Assembly: GCA_937917475.1 (NCBI GenBank)
Contig: CALDNF010000001.1
Coordinates: 1 to 45,382, forward strand
Direction of reading: 5' to 3'
Length of the DNA stretch: 45,382 nucleotides
From: an uncultured Faecalibacterium sp.
GTDB lineage: Bacteria > Bacillota > Clostridia > Oscillospirales > Ruminococcaceae
Shown here: positions 1 to 10,298 of the stretch, in pieces
How the letters are laid out: each line of letters begins with the position of its first letter
How positions within the stretch are numbered: the first letter of the stretch is position 1
Translations under genes and position numbers: made by a program
Notes under the pieces: generated by a model
The model's input: only the letters and a program-made list of their open reading frames with translations
What the model was told of the DNA's origin: nothing
Database searches by the model: none

Positions 1-830
1 GCAACAATCAGCCCAACATCACCCACTCGATGAACCGGCTGGAAAGCCAGCTGAATTGTGTGCTGTTCATCCGCTCCAACCGGGGCGTGACCCTGACGCC
101 GGAGGGCGAGATGCTCTATTCCCGCATTGCGTCGGCGGCAGTGCAGATTCAGGACGCTGAGGCAGAGCTGAGTTCCAGCGCAACGCTGGAACACGGCTCC
201 ATCAGCGTCAGTACCACCGAGACGACGCTGAACATCTACCTGTCTGAAAAGCTGCGAAATTTCCACACCGAGTACCCCGGCATCCGGCTGCGGCTCTCCA
301 ATCATTCAACGCCGCAGGCCATTCAGGCCGTAAAGAACGGCGAGGTGGATTTTGCGGTGGTCACCACCCCCGCCGAGGTCTCCGCCGGGCTGAAACTGGT
401 GGAGCTGGAGCCTTTTTATGAGGTACTGGTGGGCGGAAAGAGCTTCATGGACCTGACCGGGCGGAGCCTTTCGGTGAAAGAACTCTGCAACTATCCCCTC
501 ATCGCCCTGAACGATGAGAGCATGACCCGCAGCTTTTACCGGCAGTTCTTTCTGGACCATGATGCCGTACTGCGTCCGGATACCGAGGTAACCACCAGCG
601 ACCAGATGCTCACGCTGGTCAAAAGCGAACTGGGCCTTGCGTTCCTGCCGGAGCCCATGGCCAAAGAGCCGCTGGAGCGGGGCGAGATCGTTCCGCTGCA
701 CTTGCAGGAGATCATTCCCACACGCTATATCTGTCTGGTTTACGACCCTCACCGGCCGCTGAACACCGCCGCCCGGAAATTCCAGCAGATGCTGATGTCT
801 CACGATAAGCCCATTTCCAGATCCGAATAA
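1..830 (+). CDS. LysR-family transcriptional regulator (5' end outside window)
   Basis: The frame is open from the window start (NNQPNITHSMNRLESQL...LFIRSNRGVTLTPEG), the end of a LysR HTH, followed by a substrate-binding domain. Confidence 0.92.
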   Translation, partial: NNQPNITHSMNRLESQLNCVLFIRSNRGVTLTPEGEMLYSRIASAAVQIQDAEAELSSSATLEHGSISVSTTETTLNIYLSEKLRNFHTEYPGIRLRLSNHSTPQAIQAVKNGEVDFAVVTTPAEVSAGLKLVELEPFYEVLVGGKSFMDLTGRSLSVKELCNYPLIALNDESMTRSFYRQFFLDHDAVLRPDTEVTTSDQMLTLVKSELGLAFLPEPMAKEPLERGEIVPLHLQEIIPTRYICLVYDPHRPLNTAARKFQQMLMSHDKPISRSE

Positions 831-834
831 ACAG

Positions 835-878
835 CCCCCCGAAAACTCTTTTGCAGAGCCTTCGGGGGTCTTGTTTTG
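835..878. terminator. Probable bidirectional intrinsic terminator between convergent lysR and nspC
   Basis: CCCCCGAA...TTCGGGGG inverted repeat followed by a T-rich tail. Confidence 0.65.
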
Positions 879-2110
879 TCAGCGGCCTGCGGGCAGCAGA
901 GCGTCCTTTCCCAGCCGCATTTTAAAATCGTGGTATCCGAACCGCACCAGCTCCCGGCAGGAACCATCTTCCCCCAAGGCCCAGATGGGCGGCAGGGGCA
1001 TCCCATTGAAGGTGTTGTTCTTGCAGGTGGTGTAGATCGCCATGTCGCCGAAGATCAGCCGGTCACCCTCCTCGAGAGGGGCGGCAAAGCTGTAATCTCC
1101 GATCACATCCCCAGCCAGACAGGTGGGCCCGCCCAGACGGATGGTGCAGGGCTTTTCGCCGGGTTCACCCGCATCCAGCAGGGGCGGGCGATAAGGCATC
1201 TCCAGCACATCCGGCGTGTGGCAGGCGGCAGACATATCCAGAATCGCAAGCTGGGTATCTCCATTTTGCAGGGTGTCCAGCACTGTGGTGACCAGATATC
1301 CGGCGTTCAGGGCCCATGCCTCGCCGGGTTCCAGATAGACCTGCACGCCATACTTTTGCTGTGCATCCATGATGCAGCGTTCCAGCGTTGCGAGATCATA
1401 GCCGGGACGGGTGATGTGATGCCCGCCGCCAAAATTGAGCCACTTCATCCGGGGCAGCAGGTCCCCGAATTTTTTCTCCACTGCGGCCAGCGTCTGCGCC
1501 AGCGCATCGGAATCCTGCTCACAGAGGGTATGGAAGTGCAGCCCATCCAGCAGCCCGGGCAGGGATAGGTCTGCCTGCACAGCGGCATCCCACTGAGCCC
1601 GGGTGGTACCCAGACGGCTTCCCGGAGCACAGGGGTCGTAGAGGGCGTGGCCCTCCTGGGTAGAGCACTCGGGGTTGATGCGCAAGCCAATGCTCTTCCC
1701 TGCCGCCTTTGCCGCCGGGCCGAACTTTGCCAGCTGCCGGGGAGAGTTGAACACAATGTGGTCTGCGTAATCCAGTAGCTCCCGGAATTCCTCTTCCCGG
1801 TAGGCGGCACAGAACACATGGTTTTCCTTCTCTGGCAGTTCTTCCCGGCCCAAGCGGCTCTCATACAGGCCGCTGGCCTCGGTGCCTGCAAGATAAGGGC
1901 GAAGGAGCGGGTAGAGATCAAAGTTGGAAAACGCCTTCTGGGCCAGCAGGATCCTGCAGCCAGTGCGCTGCTGCACCCCCAGCAGGATCTCTCCGTTCCG
2001 GCGCAGCTGCCCCTCATCCAACAGATAGCAGGGGGTAGGCAGGGTGCGAAGCTCAGCCTCCGAAAGGGCCGTCAGGCCCGCAAAGGGCGGGCGGCTGTCA
2101 GTGACCCGCA

Positions 2111-2111
<1 letters not shown>
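879..2111 (-). CDS. nspC: Carboxy(nor)spermidine decarboxylase
   Basis: Alanine-racemase-fold PLP decarboxylase motifs LAQKAFS, YDPCAPGSRLG, HFHTLCEQ, GGGHHIT, CLAGD, KNNTFNG; translationally coupled to the dehydrogenase. Confidence 0.93.
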
Positions 2112-3370
<1,259 letters not shown>

Positions 3371-3400
3371 GATGATTCTCCTTTATCTTATCCTTTATTG

Positions 3401-4279
3401 TTATGCCTGAAACCCGGGCCAGCCCTTGTCCAGTGCGATGAGCAGCTCCCGCAGCACCTTGCAGGCGGTGGCAGTAGAAACGCCGGAAGCATCCAGCATA
3501 GGGGCCAGCTCGTTGAGGTCTGCCGCCACAACGTTGGTCTTTGCAGCCAAACGGATGGCATCCAGCAGCTGCAAAAAGCTCACGCCGCCTGCCTCAGGGG
3601 TGCCGGTACCCGGGAAGCAGGAGGGGTCCAGACAGTCGAGGTCAATGGTCAGGTAGACCGGGGCTTTGCTCTTGCAAAGCTGCTCCGTCAGCTCGGCAAG
3701 GCCGGTGAAATCGAATTTGTGCATCTCGGTGTGCTGTGCGGCAAACTCAAACTCCGCCCGGTCGCCGCTGCGGATGCAGAACTGATGGATGTGTCCATCC
3801 CCTACCAGCTCATGGCAGCGGCGGAGCACACAGGCATGGCTGAGTTTTGCACCCAGATAATCGTCCCGCAGGTCGGCGTGGGCATCAAAGTGGATGATGT
3901 GGAGGTCGGGATATTTCTTCACCGCCGCACGGACAGCTCCCAGCGTGACCAGATGCTCCCCGCCCAGCAGCAGGGGGAACTTGCCGTCGTGAAGGATCTC
4001 TTGGGCCCGGGCCTCGATGTCCGCCAATGCGCTCTCACTGGAACCAAAGCAGAGTTCCAGATCCCCGCTGTCAAAAATTTCAAAATCCGTCAGGTCGGCG
4101 TTCTGGTAGGGGCTGTAGGTTTCAAGACCATAGCTCTCGTGCCGGATGGCCGCCGGGCCAAACCGGGCCCCGGGGCGGTAGCTGGTGGTGGAGTCATAGG
4201 GTGCACCGTACAGCACGATGCTGGCGGCACGGTAGCTGCTGTCGCAGCCGATAAACGTTTCGACGTTGGGTCCGATCAT
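3401..4279 (-). CDS. speB: Agmatinase
   Basis: Ureohydrolase motifs GGEH, DAHAD, DLDCLDP, PGTGTPEAGG. ATG at 4279 overlaps the speE stop (ATGA). Confidence 0.92.
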   Translation of the reverse strand: MIGPNVETFIGCDSSYRAASIVLYGAPYDSTTSYRPGARFGPAAIRHESYGLETYSPYQNADLTDFEIFDSGDLELCFGSSESALADIEARAQEILHDGKFPLLLGGEHLVTLGAVRAAVKKYPDLHIIHFDAHADLRDDYLGAKLSHACVLRRCHELVGDGHIHQFCIRSGDRAEFEFAAQHTEMHKFDFTGLAELTEQLCKSKAPVYLTIDLDCLDPSCFPGTGTPEAGGVSFLQLLDAIRLAAKTNVVAADLNELAPMLDASGVSTATACKVLRELLIALDKGWPGFQA

Positions 4280-5136
4280 TTGGGTTCCTCCACTTCCCGC
4301 AGCATTTCTTCCAGAAATGCCGGCAGGTAAAATGCCCCGACATGGAGCCGGGTGGTGTAATAGCGGGTGCGCAGATTCAGGCTCTTCCATGCTTCCGCAT
4401 CCAGATCATCGATAGGATGATACTTTTTGCTGGCAAAACCAAACAGCCAGTAACCGGCCGCAAAGGTGGGGATGTGGGCCTGATACACCCGGCTGATGGG
4501 GAAAGTCGATGCAATGCGCTTGTGGCTGCGCTGCATGGCACTGGCATCCTCCGCATAGAAGGGGCTGCCCTGCTGGTTGACCATGATGCCGTCAGCCTTC
4601 AGGGCGTTGTAGCAGCTGCCGTAGAACTCCCGGGTAAACAGACCCTCGGAGGGGCCAAAGGGGTCAGAGGAGTCCACAATGATGAGGTCGTATTCATCCT
4701 CACAGCGGCGGATGAACTTGAGTGCATTCTCAAAATAGATGTGCACCCGGCGGTCATCCATCCGGCAGGCGTTGCCGGGCAGATAGGTGCGGCAGGCTTC
4801 CACCACCTGCGGGTCCATCTCCACAAGGTCGATCCGCTCCACCCGGTCATAACGGGTCAGCTCCCGCACCACGCCGCCGTCTCCGGCACCGATGACCAGA
4901 ACATCCCGGGCCTCTTTGTGGACGGCCATGGGCACATGAACGATCATCTCATCGTAGATGAATTCATCCCGCTCAGTGAGCATCACATTGCCGTCCAGCG
5001 TAAGCACCCGGCCAAATTCCGGCGTTTCAAAGATATCGATCCGCTGATAGTCGCTCTGCTTGGAGTAGAGCTGCCGGTTGACCCGGATGCTGTGTTTCAC
5101 ATCCGGAGTGTGAAATTCCGAAAACCAAAATTCCAT
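4276..5136 (-). CDS. speE: Spermidine synthase / polyamine aminopropyltransferase
   Basis: LDG..MLTERDEFIYDEM, VLVIGAGDGG, DLIIVDSSDP; RBS AAGGAGG before ATG 5136. Confidence 0.92.
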   Translation of the reverse strand: MEFWFSEFHTPDVKHSIRVNRQLYSKQSDYQRIDIFETPEFGRVLTLDGNVMLTERDEFIYDEMIVHVPMAVHKEARDVLVIGAGDGGVVRELTRYDRVERIDLVEMDPQVVEACRTYLPGNACRMDDRRVHIYFENALKFIRRCEDEYDLIIVDSSDPFGPSEGLFTREFYGSCYNALKADGIMVNQQGSPFYAEDASAMQRSHKRIASTFPISRVYQAHIPTFAAGYWLFGFASKKYHPIDDLDAEAWKSLNLRTRYYTTRLHVGAFYLPAFLEEMLREVEEPK

Positions 5137-5146
5137 AGTTTCCTCC

Positions 5147-6613
5147 TTATGCCAGCACATTCAGCCGCAGAATCTCAGGGTCTTCCGGGCCAGTCATGCT
5201 GCAGCCCTTGGCCTTGGCGTACTCGATGTAATTCAGGATCTCTTTGGTGATCCGCTCGCCGGGTGCCAGAATGGGGATACCCGGCGGGTAGCACATGACG
5301 AACTCGCTGCAGACCATGCCCTCCGTCTCCCGCAGGGGCAGGCTCTTCTTGGGGGCATAGAACGCTTCCTGAGGGCTTGCGGCCACCACCGGGTCAATGT
5401 ATTCCTGACTCAGCAGGCCTGCACCGTCGGTGCGGTAGCGGCGTTTGATCTCAGCCAGTGCACTGACCAGCCGCTCCACCTCCTGCGGACGGTCGCCGAT
5501 GGACAGGTAAGCCAGAATGTTGCCGATATCACCGAACTCGATCTGGATGTCGTATTCATCCCGCAGGATGTCATAAACCTCGATACCCGCAAGGCCGATA
5601 TCCAGCGTGTGCACACTGAGCTTGGTGGTGTCAAAGTCGAACACCGAATCGCCGTTGCACAGCTCCTTGCCAAAGGCGTAGTAGCCGCCCACAGCGTTGA
5701 TCTCTTCCCGGGCGTACTCGGCCATATCCGCCACCTGATGGAACACCTGCCGCCCCCGCTGGGCCAGATTGCGGCGGGAGATATCCAAGCTGGACATCAG
5801 CAGATAGCTGCCGGAGGTAGTCTGGGTCAGATTGATGATCTGCCGCACATAGCCGGGATGGACATTGGGTCCGATGAGCAGCAGACTGGACTGGGTCAGG
5901 CTGCCGCCGCTCTTGTGCATGGAGACCGATGCCATGTCCGCTCCCGCTGCCATGGCCGACACCGGCAATCCGCCGCCGAAGTAAAAGTGAGTACCGTGGG
6001 CCTCGTCTGCCAGACAGAGCATCCCAGCATCGTGGGCCATTTTCACGATGGCCCGCAGATCGCTGCAAATACCATAATAAGTCGGGTTGTTCACCAGCAC
6101 TGCCACGGCGTTGGGATGCTCCTTGATGGCCTTTTCCACCTGCTCCCGCTTCATGCCCAGCGAAATGCCCAGCCGCTTGTCCACTTCCGGGTTGACATAG
6201 ACCGGCACCGCACCGCAAAGCACCAGAGCGTTCAGCACACTGCGGTGGACATTGCGGGGCAGGATGATCTCATCCCCTCGCTTGCAGGCCGTCAGCACCA
6301 TGCTCTGCACACTGCTGGTGGTTCCGCCCACCATCAGGAAAGCGTGGGCTGCGCCGAAAGCGTCCGCCGCCAGTTCCTCCGCCTCCCGGATGACCGACAC
6401 CGGATGGCAGAGATTGTCCAGCGGCTTCATGCTGTTCACGTCCACGCCCACACATTGCTGGCCCAGAAAGGCCGTCAGTTCCGGGTTTCCCCGGCCCCGC
6501 TTGTGGCCGGGCACATCAAAGGGCACCACCCGCATCTGCCGGAACCGCTCCAATGCCTCATAAATGGGCGCACGGCTCTGGTCCAGCCGGAACCTTGTAC
6601 GGTTCTCACTCAT
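5147..6613 (-). CDS. speA: Arginine/lysine/ornithine decarboxylase (AAT-fold, probably arginine decarboxylase)
   Basis: FDVPGHK, DEAHG, PLP-lysine motif SMHKSGGSLTQ, YPPGIP; RBS GGAGGAG before ATG 6613; operon with agmatinase. Confidence 0.85.
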   Translation of the reverse strand: MSENRTRFRLDQSRAPIYEALERFRQMRVVPFDVPGHKRGRGNPELTAFLGQQCVGVDVNSMKPLDNLCHPVSVIREAEELAADAFGAAHAFLMVGGTTSSVQSMVLTACKRGDEIILPRNVHRSVLNALVLCGAVPVYVNPEVDKRLGISLGMKREQVEKAIKEHPNAVAVLVNNPTYYGICSDLRAIVKMAHDAGMLCLADEAHGTHFYFGGGLPVSAMAAGADMASVSMHKSGGSLTQSSLLLIGPNVHPGYVRQIINLTQTTSGSYLLMSSLDISRRNLAQRGRQVFHQVADMAEYAREEINAVGGYYAFGKELCNGDSVFDFDTTKLSVHTLDIGLAGIEVYDILRDEYDIQIEFGDIGNILAYLSIGDRPQEVERLVSALAEIKRRYRTDGAGLLSQEYIDPVVAASPQEAFYAPKKSLPLRETEGMVCSEFVMCYPPGIPILAPGERITKEILNYIEYAKAKGCSMTGPEDPEILRLNVLA

Positions 6614-6643
6614 CTTTTCTCCTCCGTCCCCTGGTTCCGACGC

Positions 6644-6689
6644 AACAAAAAAGCGCAGGTTCTGCACAAAATGTGCAGACCTGCGCTTT
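6644..6689 (-). terminator. Intrinsic terminator in the leader of the polyamine operon (attenuator)
   Basis: Sense strand AAAGCGCAGGTCTGCACA-TTT-TGTGCAGAACCTGCGC-TTTTTTGTT, ending about 30 nt before the speA start. Confidence 0.85.
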
Positions 6690-7024
6690 GAATCCTCTAA
6701 AACTGTGCCGACAAAAGTCCCCGGACAGAATTCCGGAGTTTGACCATCGGGCATGATTCAAAAAGACGGGATGATGAGAGTCTATATAGCAATTCTGCTT
6801 TTACTGCTCTTTATTGACCGTTTCACAAGTCTGCGCACTGGCTGCGCAATTTCATGGTTGTAAAGGAACCAACTTATAAAATTTGAGCTTCTAACTCAAT
6901 CAATAATGGCGGCAATGCCGCCGGTCGGCAGTGGACCCGGCTGTCCGTATGGCCTTAGCCCCGCTGGGCGGTCCATGGTAATTGCTTTGAAAAGACTCTG
7001 ACACGCTTTGTCTCTCAAAATCGA
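6644..7024 (-). ncRNA. Large structured cis-regulatory leader RNA (riboswitch/attenuator candidate, possibly the orphan ldcC motif)
   Basis: Lies between a consensus promoter and a terminator; several nested helices and an antiterminator pairing found by eye (see findings). Confidence 0.7.
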
Positions 7025-7029
7025 GAGTA

Positions 7030-7058
7030 ATTTTATCATGGTACAAGGAAAGTGTCAA
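7030..7058 (-). promoter_or_regulatory. Sigma70/SigA promoter of the polyamine operon
   Basis: TTGACA (7058-7053), 17 bp spacer with TG, TAAAAT (7035-7030). Confidence 0.85.
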
Positions 7059-7239
7059 CGTTTTTCTTGTAAAAATCGGAAAAAGTTTTGCAAAAGTGGC
7101 ACTCATCCCCTTTTTCTGCTTATTTTTCACATTCAGAAGGATAGTACATCCTCGGGCGGTGGCGGCCCGCCCCATGGCGGACTTGTGCATTTTGTGCTAT
7201 ACTGAAGCCAAATCATTCAGTTCAAGGAGGTTCTTGCAT

Positions 7240-7767
7240 ATGAACGAGATCATCAAAGCAATGGAAGAGCGGCGCAGCGTCCGGAAGTTCAAGCCGGAAA
7301 TGCCCTCCAAGGAAGCCCTCGAGCAGATCATCGAGGCTGGTCTTTACGCCGCAAGCGGCAAGGGGCAGCAGGCGGCGATTGTGGTCGCTGTTACCAACAA
7401 GGAGCTCCGGGATAAGTTCTCCGAGCTCAACCGCAAAATTGGCGGCTGGGATGAAGGCTTTGACCCCTTCTACGGTGCCCCGGTCATCCTCATCGCTCTG
7501 GGCCGGAAGGATCAGTTCACCCATGTATACGACGGCAGCCTCGTCATGGGCAACCTGATGCTCGCCGCCCACTCGCTGGGACTGGGCAGCATCTGGATCC
7601 ATCGTGCCAAGGAGGAATTTGAGCTTCCTGAATGTCAGCAGCTGCTCAAGGACCTTGGCGTAGAAGGCGAATGGGAAGGCATCGGCCACTGCGCCGTCGG
7701 CTATATGGACTGTGAGCCGCCCAAGGCCGCTCCCCGCAAAGAGGGCCGTGTGTTCTGGGTAGAGTAA
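7240..7767 (+). CDS. Nitroreductase family protein
   Basis: RRSVRKF FMN-binding motif, AASG..QQ, LAAHSLGLGSIWI; RBS AAGGAGG; extended -10 TGcTATACT at 7195-7203. Confidence 0.9.
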   Translation: MNEIIKAMEERRSVRKFKPEMPSKEALEQIIEAGLYAASGKGQQAAIVVAVTNKELRDKFSELNRKIGGWDEGFDPFYGAPVILIALGRKDQFTHVYDGSLVMGNLMLAAHSLGLGSIWIHRAKEEFELPECQQLLKDLGVEGEWEGIGHCAVGYMDCEPPKAAPRKEGRVFWVE

Positions 7768-7786
7768 TCGTCCCCAAAAAAGCAGG

Positions 7787-7834
7787 AAAAGCCCCGGCAG
7801 GGCGTTCGATTCCGAACGTTCCGCCGGGGCTTTT
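7787..7834. terminator. Bidirectional intrinsic terminator
   Basis: AAAAGCCCCGGC...GCCGGGGCTTTT between convergent genes. Confidence 0.8.
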
Positions 7835-7873
7835 GTGTTATCTGGAATTTCGGAGGAGCGATCCATCGTTCGC

Positions 7874-8473
7874 TCAGCGGCCCACCACCAGATCACGACG
7901 GCAGCGGCCGCCGATGGTCAGATAGCTGCGGCTGCCGATCTGGCGCAGGGTAAAGCGGGTGCTGTCCGAGTAGCCGTCGCACATCAGGGTCAGATTCAGG
8001 GTGGTGGTGGTCTTATTGGTCATGACAGTCAGAGTGCCTACACCCTGATTCATCTGAGCACGCAGGTCGCCGATGGTGCCCTTGACGGTCACACTGTCCT
8101 CCGGGGCAGAGAGAGTCAGCACCCGGCCATCCTGCCGTGCAGTGAAGAGCACTTCCTTCCAGAAGGGACCGGTCATGGTCAGGCCTGCGGCCACCGGGAC
8201 TTTTTCGGCAGTCTCTTCCGCAGCGGGGGCGGCCGTTTCCACCGGCGTATCCCCTTCTGCACTCAGAAGCATGATATCGCCCTGAATCATCTGGTCCCAG
8301 GGCATGGGAGGCAGATAGCCCACCACCGTAGCGTCGTCCCCTGCGGCGGGCTGCGCAGCAGCGGCTTCCTCACCCTCGGCTGCAAATGCGCAGGTGGCAA
8401 AGGCGGTCAGAGCAGCCACAGCCACAGCGGCGGCAACAAATTTCCGGACAAAGTTTTTATGCTTCAATTTCAT
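7874..8473 (-). CDS. Secreted hypothetical protein with Ala/Glu-rich linker
   Basis: Signal peptide (basic N-terminus, hydrophobic core, AFA cleavage site); RBS AGGAGG; no recognisable family. Confidence 0.7.
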   Translation of the reverse strand: MKLKHKNFVRKFVAAAVAVAALTAFATCAFAAEGEEAAAAQPAAGDDATVVGYLPPMPWDQMIQGDIMLLSAEGDTPVETAAPAAEETAEKVPVAAGLTMTGPFWKEVLFTARQDGRVLTLSAPEDSVTVKGTIGDLRAQMNQGVGTLTVMTNKTTTTLNLTLMCDGYSDSTRFTLRQIGSRSYLTIGGRCRRDLVVGR

Positions 8474-8628
8474 GAAAGTATCCTCCTGTCGGCCCCATTG
8501 CCGGGGCAGTTCCGCAGCGGAAGCATCCGCTGTTTCGTTGTATTTATGATATCAACTTTCATGATTTTCCGCAAGTGACGAATTTTCGGATAAAATAAGC
8601 TGTGCCTGCCAGCCCGCTTACCAAATAT

Positions 8629-9318
8629 TTATGAGCAAAGCAAATCAAAAGATTCATATACCCGCAGGACAAAATGGCTCTTGTGATAATCGAGGAGCCC
8701 ATCTTTTTTCATCTTTCCAAGTTCCAGCGAGAGGCCGCTGCGCTCAACTCCAAGATAATCTGCTAATTGCTGCCTTGAAAATGGAATATCAAATTCACAG
8801 GTTCCAAGCCTCTGTGCTTCTGCAGAAAGGTAGGACATAACCTTTGACCGGGTGGTACGCTGTCCCATATGCGTGAGTTTTTCGTTGAACTGCAAATTTT
8901 TCTCAGCAAGCTCACTGAGAAGGTTCCGGACCACCCGGTTGTGGTGCGAGCAGGCGGACGGGCACACATTCAGGATGCGCTTCACATTCAAAAACATTAC
9001 GGTTACGGGCGTTTCCGCCAGAATGCTTCCATTCAGTCTGGAACCGGGGGCGCAGGCATATGCGGCAGCAAAAGTCTGTCCCGGCCCCGCTTTGGAAAGG
9101 ATATTGCGGTTTCCCCAAATATCCTCCTGCACGATCAGAACCGCTCCCGCCAGTACAAGACCAATCGAGTCAACCGTATCGCCCGCACGCAGCACAAAGG
9201 CGTCTTTCGGGAAGTCCTTTTGTTCGGCTCCGAGGCAAGAAAGCATTGCAGTCAGCTCCTCCACGGAGATGCCGGAAAAAAGCTGAGCCGAACGGATCAC
9301 AGGTAAAAAATCTTTCAT
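8629..9318 (-). CDS. Crp/Fnr-family transcriptional regulator
   Basis: cNMP-binding-like N-domain, C-terminal HTH SRQQLADYLGVERSGLSLEL, Cys/His motif CPSACSHH. Confidence 0.92.
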   Translation of the reverse strand: MKDFLPVIRSAQLFSGISVEELTAMLSCLGAEQKDFPKDAFVLRAGDTVDSIGLVLAGAVLIVQEDIWGNRNILSKAGPGQTFAAAYACAPGSRLNGSILAETPVTVMFLNVKRILNVCPSACSHHNRVVRNLLSELAEKNLQFNEKLTHMGQRTTRSKVMSYLSAEAQRLGTCEFDIPFSRQQLADYLGVERSGLSLELGKMKKDGLLDYHKSHFVLRVYESFDLLCS

Positions 9319-9332
9319 AGCATCCTCTTCCG

Positions 9333-9380
9333 TTGAAAATTCAATCGACTTATTGATTTAATTCTATTATAATTGAATCA
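9333..9380. promoter_or_regulatory. Palindromes in the divergent Crp/ferredoxin promoter region
   Basis: TTGAAAATTCAA (9333-9344) and TGATTTAATT...AATTGAATCA (9354-9380) bracketing a TATAAT at 9368-9373. Confidence 0.45.
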
Positions 9381-9401
9381 CAAAAGCAAGGAGGCATTGA
9401 A

Positions 9402-10112
9402 ATGAAACGGAGAATCGTCAAGATTGATCAGGATAAATGCAACGGATGCGGTGCCTGTGCTGCCGCTTGCCACGAAGGTGCTATTGCCATGGTAGACGGC
9501 AAAGCGCAGCTGATGCGGGATGACTACTGCGATGGTTTGGGGGACTGCCTGCCCGCCTGCCCCACTGGAGCCATCTCCTTTGTGGAGCGTGAGGCTGCTG
9601 CCTATGATGAACAGGCGGTACTTGCCAACAAGCAGAAAAAGATGCAGCAGCATGGGATGCGCCTTCACGGTGGCTGCCCCGGAACGCAGATGAAAACGAT
9701 CCAGCACACCGAGCCGTCCGGCGTTGAGGCTGCTCCCGCCATGGTGCAAAGCCGTCTTTCTCAGTGGCCGGTACAAATCAAGCTGGTGCCCGTAAATGCA
9801 CCTTATTTTGACGGTGCAAAGCTGCTCATTGCTGCCGACTGCACGGCTTACGCCTATGCCGCTTTCCACGAGCAGTTCATAAAGGGACATATCACTTTGG
9901 TGGGCTGCCCCAAGCTCGACAGCGTGGATTATTCTGAGAAACTCACCGAGATCATTCGACGCAATGACATTAAGAGCGTGACCATCGTGCGCATGGAGGT
10001 TCCCTGCTGCGGCGGACTGGAGCATGCAGCAAAAACCGCTTTGCAGAACAGCGGAAAATTCATTCCGTGGCAAGTTGTGACAATCTCAACCGATGGCAGA
10101 ATCTTAGGGTAA
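9402..10112 (+). CDS. 4Fe-4S dicluster ferredoxin-domain protein
   Basis: CNGCGACAAAC and CDGLGDCLPACP, plus C-terminal QWPVQ, AADC, GCPKLD and MEVPCC motifs. Confidence 0.9.
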   Translation: MKRRIVKIDQDKCNGCGACAAACHEGAIAMVDGKAQLMRDDYCDGLGDCLPACPTGAISFVEREAAAYDEQAVLANKQKKMQQHGMRLHGGCPGTQMKTIQHTEPSGVEAAPAMVQSRLSQWPVQIKLVPVNAPYFDGAKLLIAADCTAYAYAAFHEQFIKGHITLVGCPKLDSVDYSEKLTEIIRRNDIKSVTIVRMEVPCCGGLEHAAKTALQNSGKFIPWQVVTISTDGRILG

Positions 10113-10173
10113 CTGAGGCGGCCTGTCGAATTGCGATAAAAAAGGTCGGAAAGGGAAAATATTGTTTCCGGTA

Positions 10174-10217
10174 AAAAGGGCAGGTACACCATATTTCCAC
10201 AGTGTACCTGCCCTTTT
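10174..10217. terminator. Bidirectional intrinsic terminator at the left edge of the island
   Basis: AAAAGGGCAGGTACAC...GTGTACCTGCCCTTTT perfect inverted repeat. Confidence 0.85.
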
Positions 10218-10298
10218 CGTATTTGAGTTCCGTGCAGCCGCTCTCAAATTGGTGGTAAGGCTGTCTGTATCATTTTTCGGAAAAAGTGTTTTAAAGAG

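Noticed and set aside
6896..6976. 26-aa uORF MDRPAGLRPYGQPGPLPTGGIAAIID in the polyamine leader
   Set aside because: No Shine-Dalgarno, lies within GC-rich helices, and has no telling codon runs.
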